NCBI GenBank assembly: GCA_964016885.1
Contig: OZ024749.1
Location: 10,230,001-10,294,000 of the forward strand
Source: Eledone cirrhosa
Lineage: Eukaryota
Direction of reading: 5' to 3'
DNA: 64,000 nucleotides
Part shown: positions 38,949 through 49,809 of the stretch, piece after piece
How the letters are laid out: the number at the start of each line of letters is the position of its first letter
How positions within the stretch are numbered: position 1 is the first letter of the stretch
Notes under the pieces: generated by a model
What the model was told of the DNA's origin: nothing
What the model saw: the letters and a program-made list of their open reading frames with translations, nothing else
The model's database searches: none
Translations under genes and position numbers: made by a program

Positions 38949-39390
38949 TACTTGGTGTGGCAATAAAGTCTTTAAAATAACCCTTTAAATAAAAATGCAC
39001 AACATATTGAAACTAAAATGTATTTATTCTACAAAACATAATCTCCATTGTATGAACATCTTTACAGTGCTTCTGTAAAACATTTGTTGAAACCATTGCG
39101 ACGATTCATCTACCACTTTTTCTAATGAAGCGAAAACAAATTTTCAAAGATGTTGCTTTAATAACTTCAACACCCAAAGATTGCACAAATTTAAGTCGGG
39201 ACTATAGGGTGATTGTTTGATCATTGCCACTCTTCTCCCCTTGGAAAAGTCTTTTGTGGATTGAGCAGTTTGATGCGTGTATTATAAACTCACAAGATTG
39301 ACAGCAAAATAATTATGCGAAAGCCTGTGACAAAATACAGCATTCATACAGAATATCACATGCAGACAACAAAGTTCAAACTCCAACTAA
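38949..39390 (-). mobile_element. Possible decayed Tc1/mariner remnant
   Basis: Starts at TA with TACTTGGTGTGGCAATAAAGT (mariner-TIR-like). The minus strand has a ...GDYV-like transposase C-terminal remnant. Weak evidence. Confidence 0.35.
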
Positions 39391-39397
39391 TATTGAT

Positions 39398-39720
39398 TTC
39401 TAGTATAGGCACAAGGCCAGTAATTTTTTTTTTGGGGGGGGGGGGGGGGTCGATTAAATCAACCCAGTACGTTACTGGTACTTTATTTTATTGACCCTGT
39501 AAGGCCTGAAAGGCAAAGCTAATCTTGGCAGGATTTGAACTCAGTAATGCACTGGGGTCGATTTAATCGAGTTTCCTTTCCTACAAAATTGCTAGCCTTG
39601 TGCCTATAGTAGGAATCATTTTGCCTTTCATCCTTACGGGGTCGATAAAATAAAGTACCAGTAATGCACTGGGATAATTGCTGGCCTTGTGCCAAAAAGT
39701 AGAAACAATTATTATTATGT
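39398..39720. mobile_element. Cluster of second-family SINE fragments in opposite orientations
   Basis: Motifs ATAAAGTACCAGT, CTGGGGTCGATTTAATC and GGCCTTGTGCC occur on the minus strand (39398-39544) and then the plus strand (39545-39720); same family as 57284-57680. Confidence 0.75.
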
Positions 39721-40278
39721 TAGCATGCATAGTGTGTATATTGATATTATATACAAATATATATGCATGTAATAAAATTGTAATTGACAAAATACACAGA
39801 AATTGAACGAAGGCTGTGTTACACTGTCTTATGTAATCAGTAACGTAATCCATGATACATTAAAAAAAGAAATATTATATATAAACTGTATTAGGAGAAA
39901 ATTAGCGACAGAAATATATGCGATTATAAGTGTTATAATATAACTTCCTAACAGGAAGTGTTGACATTTGACAATTTTAAAGAAGTGAATCTTTAAATAA
40001 ACTTTAAAATATATTTAATCAACAGCCACAAAATTTAGTAGATAAATTATGTAATATTCATTCATTATTTATTCAAAGTAATCCAACTTATTTTACTAAT
40101 GGGATAAAAAAAAATTATAAATCGTACACAGTCCCACACTCCTTACTTTATTATAGTTTAGATTGTTGTATTATCTTTGCTCTAGTATTGTCCCCAATAT
40201 CTTGGGCCCTTGTGGCCAATAAAAGAAATTATTATTATTATTGTTATTTATTTCTTATATTTTCTCCATCTTCTTAAG

Positions 40279-40390
40279 GAATTGGACAATCTTCATGACT
40301 GGGATTGTTCTGCCCCTCATACCAGTCATTGCCTGGGGACTGGAAATGTTATGATCAGCTGTATGGGGGATGCAGTAGGTAATCATAAAG
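40279..40390 (+). CDS. SELENBP1: SELENBP1 exon (ELDNLHDWDCSAPHTSHCLGTGNVMISCMGDAVGNHK G)
   Basis: TTAAG| acceptor and |GTATGT donor, 112 nt, phase 0-1; HTSHCL motif. Confidence 0.93.
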
Positions 40391-40728
40391 GTATGTTTTG
40401 TTTTCTGTATCGTCTGGAGTAGAAGGGTGTTGAAGGGGAGAATGGAATTAGATTGGAAGGATTGGTAGAGCGCTGTACAATATGCCTTGTGCCATTTACT
40501 TATGGTTTTTTTCTTTTGTTTGCTTCTTTTAAGTTGAAATCTTGGTAAAGTTGACATTGTCTTTTATCCTTTGGAGTTTGTTAAAATAAGTACCAGTCAA
40601 GTACTGGAGTTCATAAGCCTTTGATGTTGTGCCCCAGCATGGCCACAATCCAATGACTGAAACCAATAAAAGTATAAATTAAAATTTTACACATTTTTTT
40701 CTATCTATTCCTTTATCTATTTATTCAG

Positions 40729-40899
40729 GAAGTTTCATTTTATTAGACGAAAAATTTGATATTGTGGAAAAATGGGAAACCCAAAAATGTGAATTTGGCT
40801 ACGATTTTTGGTACCAGCCATTCCATGATGTGATGATCAGTACAGAGTGGGGGTCACCGAAATGTTGGCGTAAAAACTTCAACATTGCAGATGTCGATA
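40729..40899 (+). CDS. SELENBP1: SELENBP1 exon (SFILLDEKF...GYDFWYQPFHDVMISTEWGSP...DVD); not represented in the ORF track
   Basis: TTCAG| acceptor and |GTAAGT donor, 171 nt, phase 1-1; translated by hand, GYDFWYQP and MISTEW motifs. Confidence 0.95.
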
Positions 40900-41324
40900 G
40901 TAAGTATTTATCTTATATTTGTTGTACCTGGGATTTTTAGCTGGGGGAATGATTGCTTAGAGCAAGAATTCCCCTCACCAACATTTTTAGATTATCAACC
41001 TCTTTATGCAATCCTTTATCCCTTCATTGTTCCATTCATGGAATCCTTGATCCGTTCATCAACCTCTTCATGGAACCCTTAATCCCTTCATTGAACCCTA
41101 GACATGTAAAAAATAAGTAAATGAATAAATTAGAATATATAATATGTGAGGTTAGTGGGACACTAGATCAAGGATCCCTAAATTTTCTAGACCATCGACC
41201 CCTTTCAGGGAATCTTTGACCTTCCTTTACATTGACCATCAGGAATGTACAAAAAATATATATATGTATATATAAATAAACCACTCAACAGAATATAAAA
41301 TAAATAGACAATATGCACTAGATA

Positions 41325-41930
41325 TCATCATCAACATCATCATCATCATTGATTAACGTCCATCTTCCACACTAGCATGGGTTAGACGGGTCCTATTATG
41401 AGGCAAGTTGTGTCAGGTGACTGTGTCTCGTTCATATAGGGATTGTTTCTGGCTGGTTTTCTCCGGCTGGATGCCCTTCCTAACACCAACCACATTAACA
41501 ATGTATGCTGGGTGCTTTTTGCCGTGACTTTTACACGTCCACTTTACTGTGGGCTGGGGTGAGAGGGTTGCGGACGGGGCATACTGTACATATGCTTCGG
41601 CTTGTGCTCATGGGAAGTCAGGTCTTCTGTATTACTGCATATTGCCAGAGATCCCGATCATGTGTCATCACCTTTGAGAGGTGCAATTGGGCAAGGTCAG
41701 CTTTTACCACCTCATCCCAAGTCTTCCTGGGTCTCCCCACTCCAAGGCTTCCAACGACTTTGAGTGCTCTGCACTTTTTATGCAACTGTCATCCTTCATA
41801 TGCAACACATGTCATACCAACGCAATCTTCTCTCCTGCACACAGCATTTGATACCTCTTATTCCTAGTTTTTTCTCAGTTCATTTATGTTTTGCCGTTCT
41901 TGCATATTACTATTACACATCCATTGGAGC
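41325..41930 (-). mobile_element. RTE-tailed SINE 3' part plus decayed RTE 3' fragment
   Basis: (CAT)n tail, GGATGCCCTTCCTAACACCAACC motif, and a minus-strand GRPRKTWDEVV-type remnant. Confidence 0.7.
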
Positions 41931-42047
41931 TTGCAGAGTTGATAAAATAAAATACCAGTAACACACTGGGGTCGATTTAATCAACTTTCCCCTCACCTTC
42001 AAATTGCTGGCCTTGTGTGAAAAGTAGAGATAATTATTTTGTGTATT

Positions 42048-42269
42048 TTAACCCTTTACCATTTACGTTACTCTATATTTACTATTGTATTTTTGTAGTA
42101 AAGTCTTTATCTCCTGTAATTATCTCACATAATATCGAATCTATGAGATTTTGATATTTATTTTAAGAACAATATCTTAACATCAGTATGAGTGTCCGGT
42201 TACAGCCGGTTTGAACAGAGGTGAAAGAATTCTGGCCGGATACAGCCGGTTTAAATGCTAAAGTGTTAA
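42048..42269. mobile_element. piggyBac-type MITE, copy 1
   Basis: TTAA-CCCTTTACCATTTA...TAAATGCTAAAGTG-TTAA; five copies in the window. Confidence 0.8.
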
Positions 42270-42457
42270 TTTCTCATACAAATATCAGGTTTAGGCCTCA
42301 AAGTTCATTTCACACCTGCCTTTGTGTGGCCCTATTGACCCTTGGTGGGTTGACATTTCCTACTTTAGAGCCCCCTGGACGAGTGACTGCTTCAATGGTC
42401 AGGGTATGAACCCCTGCTAAATAGTTAAATGATCTATTTTTGATTATTTTATTACAG

Positions 42458-42639
42458 AGGAATATGGTAGAAGTTTAAATGTCTACAACTGGACAACTCA
42501 TGACCTTGAGCAGGTCATAGATTTGGGACCAGACGGACAGATCCCATTGGAGATCCGTTTCCGCCATGACCCAGAATCACCGGAAGGATTTGTCGGATGT
42601 TGCTTGGGTTCATCTGTTTTCAGGTTTTTCAAAACTCAG
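42458..42639 (+). CDS. SELENBP1: SELENBP1 exon (KEYGRSLNVYNWTTH...IPLEIRFRHDP...GFVGCCLGSSVFRFFKTQ); not represented in the ORF track
   Basis: TACAG| acceptor and |GTAAAT donor, 182 nt, phase 1-0; PLEIRF.H.P and GFVGC motifs. Confidence 0.95.
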
Positions 42640-42693
42640 GTAAATCACTCTAAATAATTCTTTCTAAGATAGACACAATTTTATATATATATA

Positions 42694-42975
42694 AGGTTGT
42701 GAGTTCAATTCTCAGACCGGGTGATGTGTTGTTTCCTTGAGCAAGACACTTTATTTCACATTGCTCCAGTTTACTCAGCTGTAGAAATGAGATGATAGGG
42801 ACTGGAGTCCCTATCATTCCACTGTAAAGTGGACGTGTAGGTGCCACGGCAAAAAAGCACCCAGCACTCACTGTAAATGAGGTTGGTGTTAGGAAGGGCA
42901 TCCAGCTGTAGAAATCAAGCCAGAATCAGTTCCCGTCCCACCCTTGCAAGCAGGGAAAAGCGGATGTAAAATGTA
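42694..42975 (+). mobile_element. 5'-truncated copy of the RTE-tailed tRNA-SINE
   Basis: Near-identical to 38563-38842; B-box GAGTTCAATTC is intact. Confidence 0.88.
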
Positions 42976-43365
42976 AATAAATGAAATAAAATAAATATAT
43001 ATATATATATTTATATTTGTTTTTTACACTCTACTAATATATGTGAGTCCCGGGTTCAATCAGAGGTAACCACAGTAAGTAAGGTACTCAATACATAGCA
43101 GAGTGTAAACAACAAATTTAATATAGAAATGGCTTCTACATTCCTTTGAATGAAACAGTTCTAGTCCTGTAAAAGCCATTTCTATATTAAATTTGGTATA
43201 TATATATATATAGTGTAGGAAGTACAGTGAAATACTGGTGTTGGTACCAAATCAACCACTCTATGTACAGGCAGAGTGTATATAATAGATAAAAACAAGG
43301 AAGTTTTGTTTACATATGAAAAATATTTATTGCGTACCACAACAAAAATATCTCTTTTGTCACAT

Positions 43366-43457
43366 CACCATTCTGACAAGCAGATTGATACTGGAGTCAG
43401 GTCTATAACTCCTATGGGTCACCTTGAGCCAATCCTCTGCGAAATACGCATAACAGG
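43366..43457 (+). ncRNA. Degenerate type-I hammerhead ribozyme-like motif
   Basis: CTGACAA-GCAGA...TCTGC-GAAA-TACGCA-TA. The core has one mismatch to CTGANGA and stem I is poor. Confidence 0.35.
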
Positions 43458-43649
43458 TCGATACACAATAAATATTTTTCATGTGTAAACGAAAATTCAT
43501 CGTTTTTTTCTATTATATATATATATATATTTATTAAAATAACAGATTAAAGTTTAAGCAAAGAATCGCTGCTTTCACCCTTAACGGGATCTTCTGAAAC
43601 TAACCTTATCGAGCCCTCTTTGGATTTTAGTCTTCAAATTTATTATTAT

Positions 43650-43696
<47 letters not shown>

Positions 43697-43778
43697 CTTT
43701 CGCCATATTTTTTAGCAAAGAAATTTTAGCCTAATAGTAGAGTTTAGAACTCTCTAAGAAATGGAAAAAGATGAGTAT

Positions 43779-43849
43779 TGACGTACATGGGAGTTGAGCC
43801 CACATCTTTGGTTATCCAAACCACTGTGTTACCATTACACCAACACATC
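43779..43849 (-). pseudogene. tRNA-like sequence (left arm)
   Basis: GATGTGT TG GTGT AATGGTA ACAC A GTGGT TTGGATA ACCAA AGAT GTGGG CTCAACT CCCAT GTACGTC A folds as a cloverleaf; the T-loop is mutated. Confidence 0.65.
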
Positions 43850-43857
43850 ACCTTATT

Positions 43858-45966
43858 GGTGATGTGTTGGTGGACTGGGTGTTGTGTTGATGTAATGGTA
43901 ACACAGTGGACTGGGTGATGTGTTGGTGTAATGGTAACACAGTGGTCTGGGTGATGTGTTGGTGTAATGGTAACACAGTGGACTGGGTGATATGTTGGTG
44001 TAATGGTAACACAGTGGTCTGGGTGATGTGTTGGTGTAATGGTAACACAGTGGACTGGGTGATGTGTTGGTGTAATGGTAACACAGTGGACTGGGTGATG
44101 TGTTGGTGTAATGGTAACACAGTGGTCTGGGTGATGTGTTGGTGTAATGATAACACAGTGGTCTGGGTGATGTGTTGGTGTAATGATAACACCGTGGACT
44201 GGGTGATGTGTTGGTGTAATGATAACACAGTGGACTGGGTGATGTGTTGGTGTAATGATAACACAGTGGACTGGGTGATGTGTTGGTGTAATGGTAACAC
44301 AGTGGTCTGGGTGATGTGTTGGTGTAATGATAACACAGTGGACTGGGTGATATGTTGGTGTAATGGTAACACAGTGGTCTGGGTGATGTGTTGGTGTAAT
44401 GATAACACGGTGGACTGGGTGATGTGTTGGTGTAATGGTAACACAGTGGACTGGATGATGTGTTGGTGTAATGATAACACAGTGGACTGGGTGATGTGTT
44501 GGTGTAATGGTAACACAGTGGACTGGGTGATATGTTGGTGTAATGGTAACACAGTGGACTGGGTGATGTGTTGGTGTAATGATAACACAGTGGACTGGGT
44601 GATATGTTGGTGTAATGGTAACACAGTGGACTGGGTGATGTGTTGGTGTAATGGTAACACAGTGGACTGGGTGATATGTTGGTGTAATGGTAACACAGTG
44701 GACTGGGTGATATGTTGGTGTAATGGTAACACAGTGGTCTGGGTGATGTGTTGGTGTAATGGTAACACAGTGGACTGGGTGATGTGTTGGTGTAATGGTA
44801 ACACAGTGGTCTGGGTGATGTGTTGGTGTAATGATAACACAGTGGACTGGGTGATGTGTTGGTGTAATGGTAACACAGTGGACTGGGTGATATGTTGGTG
44901 TAATGGTAACACAGTGGTCTGGGTGATGTGTTGGTGTAATGGTAACACAGTGGACTGGGTGATGTGTTGGTGTAATGGTAACACAGTGGTCTGGGTGATG
45001 TGTTGGTGTAATGATAACACAGTGGACTGGGTGATGTGTTGGTGTAATGGTAACACAGTGGACTGGGTGATGTGTTGGTGTAATGGTAACACAGTGGACT
45101 GGGTGATGTGTTGGTGTAATGATAACACAGTGGACTGGGTGATGTGTTGGTGTAATGATAACACAGTGTACTGGGTGATGTGTTGGTGTAATGATAACAC
45201 AGTGGACTGGGTGATGTGTTGGTGTAATGATAACACAGTGGACTGGGTGATGTGTTGGTGTAATGGTAACACAGTGGTCTGGGTGATGTGTTGGTGTAAT
45301 GGTAACACAGTGGACTGGGTGATGTGTTGGTGTAATGATAACACAGTGGTCTGGGTGATGTGTTGGTGTAATGATAACACAGTGGTCTGGGTGATGTGTT
45401 GGTGTAATGGTAACACAGTGGACTGGGTGATGTGTTGGTGTAATGGTAATACAGTGGACTGGGTGATGTGTTGGTGTAATGGTAATACAGTGGACTGGGT
45501 GATGTGTTGGTGTAATGGTAACACAGTGGACTGGGTGATGTGTTGGTGTAATGGTAACACAGTGGTCTGGGTGATGTGTTGGTGTAATGATAACACAGTG
45601 GTCTGGGTGATGTGTTGGTATAATGGTAACACAGTGGACTGGGTGATGTGTTGGTATAATGGTAACACAGTGGACTGGGTGATGTGTTGGTGTAATGGTA
45701 ACACAGTGGACTGGGTGATGTGTTGGTGTAATGGTAACACAGTGGACTGGGTGATGTGTTGGTGTAATGGTAACACAGTGGACTGGGTGATGTGTTGGTG
45801 TAATGATAACACAGTGGACTGGGTGATGTGTTGATGTAATGATAACACAGTGGACTGGGTGATGTGTTGATGTAATGATAACACAGTGGACTGGGTGATG
45901 TGTTGGTGTAATGGTTACACAGTGGACTGGGTGATGTGTTGGTGTAATGGTAACACAGTGGACTGG
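43858..45966 (+). repeat. 36-bp minisatellite, ~58 copies (GGTGATGTGTTGGTGTAATGGTAACACAGTGGACTG)
   Basis: Direct tandem array with few variants (GGT/GAT, GAC/GTC); it explains the 640-710 aa periodic ORFs. Confidence 0.98.
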
Positions 45967-46003
45967 TTAACCAAAGATGTGGGTTCAACTCCCATGTACG
46001 TCA
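45933..46003 (+). pseudogene. tRNA-like sequence (right arm), Pol III A and B boxes intact
   Basis: A-box TGGTGTAATGG and B-box GGTTCAACTCC. Acceptor, D and T stems pair (several G-U); the anticodon stem is broken. The D arm resembles tRNA-Gln. Confidence 0.7.
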
Positions 46004-46215
46004 TCTTTTCCCATTTCTTAGAGAGTTCTAAACTCTACTATCAGGCTAAAATTTCTTTGGTCAAAAATACAGCAAAAGCTTCTATTTCTATTTTCAAACT
46101 TGCATGATGTTTCAAAACATACTTACTTGATATATATATATATATATATAGGAAAAATTATAGAAAAACTAATAATGCGTCACTCACCAACATCAACAAC
46201 AAAACACACAACATA

Positions 46216-48135
46216 GTGAATAAACTAAATATTGAAGATAGAACTGAACCTTTGGCATTGAAAAGACCACACTTCAACCTGAAAGATCATAAATCAAACT
46301 TTAACTCAAATCCTTCTATAAGACTTATATGTCCCTCCAAATCTGATATTGGAATAATTAGCAAAAAAATTTTGGATAGAGTCATCCCACAAATAAGAAA
46401 ACATGTTAATTTACCACTCTGGGAAAACACTTCCCAGGTAATTAACTGGTTTAAAAATATTAGATGTAAATCTTCTGCTTCATTTCTACAATTTGATATA
46501 GATAATTACTATTCTTCTATATCACCTATACTCCTGAACAAAGCTTTGATATTTGCTAAAAATAGATCTAGCTTAACTTTGGATGACATTAATATTATTA
46601 CACATGCTAGACTAACACTTATTGAATTTCAGAATGAATACTGGACCAGAAACACATATAGTAATCTATTTGATATTACTATGGGTTCAAGCGATTCTGC
46701 CCAAATTACTGATCTTGTGGGCCTCTTTCTTCTTTTTAACATAAATGCTTCCTTTCCCCACCTTAAAGGTGGTTTATATCGTGATGACTGTCTTCTTCTT
46801 TCCAACAACCTTAGCCTCTCAGAAATAGAAAAAAACAAAAAGCTTATTAGAACTTTCCTTAAAGACTATTATAGTCTTCATATTACTTTTGAAAACACAA
46901 GTAAAGTAGTTAATTTCCTAGATATAACTTTAGACTTAGCTACGGGTATCTACCAACCTTACCATAAACCCAACCAAAACTTACACTACATACACTCACA
47001 ATCTAATCACCCTAAATCTATCCTTAAAAACCTTGCATATAATATATCACTTAGAATTTCTAACCTTTCGTCTAACCAAGATGTATTTGATAAAAATGCG
47101 ACCTTCTATAACGAAGCTCTAGATAGAAGTGGCCACAAAAATAGATTGGAATATATACCTTCTACTAATAACACTATAAACATACAACCTAATATTACCA
47201 ACAAACACCAAATGAAAAGTACACACCTAAATGCCACTCACACTATACCCCAAAATACCAACATAAAACCAAATTTCTCTAACTCCTCTAATATAAAGTA
47301 TAGTAACTCTCAAAAAACTACTCATCATACAACTCTAATAAATGTTAATAATAAAACTCCTAATAAACAAGCTAAAACACCTAAATCAATAAATCTAACT
47401 AAAAATGTGCGTGGTGAGGTCATTAACATTAATCCTCCTAGTAAACATCACGATGCACCCTATAAAAACAATAAACAACATAGAAACCGTAATAGACGAG
47501 TTACTTGGTATAATGCTCCATTTAATTTACAAATTAAGGATAATATTGCTAAAAAAATGTTTAATATCCTAGAGAAAAACTTCCCGCCAAACCACAAATA
47601 CCATCAAATCTTAAATAGATCAACAGTTAAATTCTCATACTCAACAACCAAAAACATAAAACAAAATATAAGTGCCTGTAATGCATATAAATGTAAAAAA
47701 ACCATAAGTATACCACCAATACATCAAACTAACCATAATATCTCCTCAAATACAGAATTAACGAAAGGTTGTAACTGTAGAAACAAAGCAAACTGCCCAT
47801 TAAAAGGAAATTGTCTTGTTAACAACATAGTTTATAAATGTAAAGTTAAAACTAAAGATTCTATTTGCTCATATATAGGATATACTTCTAACAATTTTAA
47901 GGTAAGGTTTAATACCCACAAACATAGTTTTAAAAATGCCGCACTGGCTAATACAACATCTCTAGCAGAAAAAATTAATAGTTATAGAAATAAGAATATA
48001 GAATATGATATGACCTGGAGTGTGCTCAAAAGAGCCACCCCTTATCAAAATAATAGAAATGAATGTAGATTGTGTTCCCAAGAACTATTTGAAATAATGA
48101 AATCTAAGGATATCCTATTAAATAAGCGACAATAA
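46216..48135 (+). CDS. PLE reverse transcriptase + C-terminal GIY-YIG endonuclease (truncated)
   Basis: RT motifs FDIDNYY.SI, MGS.DSA, GLYRDD, FLD.TL, Y.KP, SNHP. Linker CNCRNKANCPLKGNC. EN motifs IVY...YIG.T...FK.R...H, CRLC..E, LLNKR. The frame is open back to the TA tract. The TAA at 48133 is followed by in-frame LIISCNH. Confidence 0.92.
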   Translation: MNKLNIEDRTEPLALKRPHFNLKDHKSNFNSNPSIRLICPSKSDIGIISKKILDRVIPQIRKHVNLPLWENTSQVINWFKNIRCKSSASFLQFDIDNYYSSISPILLNKALIFAKNRSSLTLDDINIITHARLTLIEFQNEYWTRNTYSNLFDITMGSSDSAQITDLVGLFLLFNINASFPHLKGGLYRDDCLLLSNNLSLSEIEKNKKLIRTFLKDYYSLHITFENTSKVVNFLDITLDLATGIYQPYHKPNQNLHYIHSQSNHPKSILKNLAYNISLRISNLSSNQDVFDKNATFYNEALDRSGHKNRLEYIPSTNNTINIQPNITNKHQMKSTHLNATHTIPQNTNIKPNFSNSSNIKYSNSQKTTHHTTLINVNNKTPNKQAKTPKSINLTKNVRGEVININPPSKHHDAPYKNNKQHRNRNRRVTWYNAPFNLQIKDNIAKKMFNILEKNFPPNHKYHQILNRSTVKFSYSTTKNIKQNISACNAYKCKKTISIPPIHQTNHNISSNTELTKGCNCRNKANCPLKGNCLVNNIVYKCKVKTKDSICSYIGYTSNNFKVRFNTHKHSFKNAALANTTSLAEKINSYRNKNIEYDMTWSVLKRATPYQNNRNECRLCSQELFEIMKSKDILLNKRQ

Positions 48136-48139
48136 TTAA

Positions 48140-49060
48140 TTATATCGTGTAATCATAAACTGAGAAAAACATTTAAATATTATAAACCTAATTAATAATA
48201 TATATTTTAGAAATTAATATATAAATTAATTTAAATGTAGTTAACCTATAATTTTAATTTAATTAAAATTCTACTACAGATGAAATTAAAAAATATCGTG
48301 TAATCATAAACTGTGAAAAACTTTTAAATATTATTAACATAATTAATATATACTTTGGAGATTAATATATAGATTAATTTTAGTTTATTTAACCTTTTAT
48401 TAAAATTCCTTTACAGATGAAATATAACAAAATATCATGTAATCAATAACAGAGAAATACTTTTTAATATTATAAACCTAATTAATATACAATTTAGAAA
48501 TTAATTTATAAATTAATTTTAATTTAGTTAACCTATAATTTTAATTTAGTTAGCTTAAAATTAAAATTCTAATACAGATGGATTGCAGAATATCATGTAA
48601 TCATAAACTGAGAAAAACTTTTAAATATATACCTAATTAATATATTCTTTACAAATAAATATATAGATTAATTTTAATTTAGTTAACCTATAATTATATT
48701 CTACTATAGATAAAATACAAAATGTTGCTTTAATTATTATAAACCTAATTAACATATACTATAGAAATTAATATATAATTTTTAATTTAGTTAACCTATA
48801 ATTAATATTCTACTACCGATGAAATACTTGATTTGGCTTTCCCTATTACAAAATTCATTTCCTAAAATTGATACCATCATGTTAATATTTTTAATTTAGT
48901 TATGCTATAATTAATACTCTACTACTGTTTAACTTCATAATTCCGCTTTAAATATTATAAACCTAAGTAGTATACACCTTAGAAATTAATATATTAACTA
49001 TTTTTACTTTAATTAACCTATAATTAATAGTCTACTTATATTAAAATGCATAATTTAGCC
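48140..49060 (+). repeat. AT-rich ~140-160-bp degenerate tandem repeat
   Basis: ATATCRTGTAATCA recurs at 48142, 48293, 48432 and 48590, with decayed copies beyond. Confidence 0.8.
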
Positions 49061-49327
49061 TTCTTTCTTACAGATACCATTTCCTAATACTGACACTACT
49101 ATGTAAACACATATTATGATTTAAATGCAGATTAATATTCTATGTTCCTTCAAACCTATATTTACTATTTCCCACTAATAATTTTAATCCCCCTTCCCCC
49201 CCCCCCCATAATTATTCGTATTTGTAAGCGTGGATGTATGTATGTGTATGTAAGTATGTATGTAGGTTTGTGTGTTTGTATGTGAGTATAAAAATACATA
49301 TGTGCGCATGTAAATAAGTGTGTATGA

Positions 49328-49373
<46 letters not shown>

Positions 49374-49474
49374 ATATACGTGTATGTGTGTATGTATATG
49401 TATTTGTAGAGATGTGTGTATGTATGTGTATATATGTGCATAATTGTCTGACTGTGTATTTATATATTTTTTTT

Positions 49475-49568
<94 letters not shown>

Positions 49569-49594
49569 ATGTATGTCTCTATATTTATGTATGT

Positions 49595-49715
49595 CTTAGA
49601 ACATGGGACGAGCTGATAAATTCCGACCTCACACGCTTACACCTCTCCAAGACAATGTCACTGGACCGAGACCTTTGGCGGTACTCAGTAATAGAAGACC
49701 CGCCTTACCTAAATA
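49595..49715 (+). mobile_element. RTE LINE extreme 3' fragment
   Basis: Translates RTWDELINSDL...MSLDRDLWR, homologous to the RTE C-terminus in this window. Confidence 0.6.
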
Positions 49716-49809
49716 CAAAGTAAAAACCTACTATAGTCAGTAGGCATCTCTATCAAAACACCCCCCCCCCCGTCCCACCACCTCCACCCCATCCACACCG
49801 CCCCTTTCA

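Larger units (their letters stand above)
43694..46090. mobile_element. Palindromic (head-to-head) tRNA-derived element with internal 36-bp array
   Basis: 43694-43852 is the reverse complement of ~45930-46081; each arm is a tRNA-like head plus a ~85-nt body. Confidence 0.85.

Noticed and set aside
43858-45966. CRISPR-like 36-bp repeats
   Set aside because: No unique spacers, no cas genes, and a eukaryotic intron context.
43848-45988. Three 640-710 aa ORFs
   Set aside because: They are 12-aa periodic translations of the 36-bp array, open in several frames on both strands; not genes.
45933-46003. Functional tRNA gene
   Set aside because: The anticodon stem has two mismatches, the two arms have different anticodons (GGT vs GGA) and there are many G-U pairs; treated as a tRNA-derived repeat.
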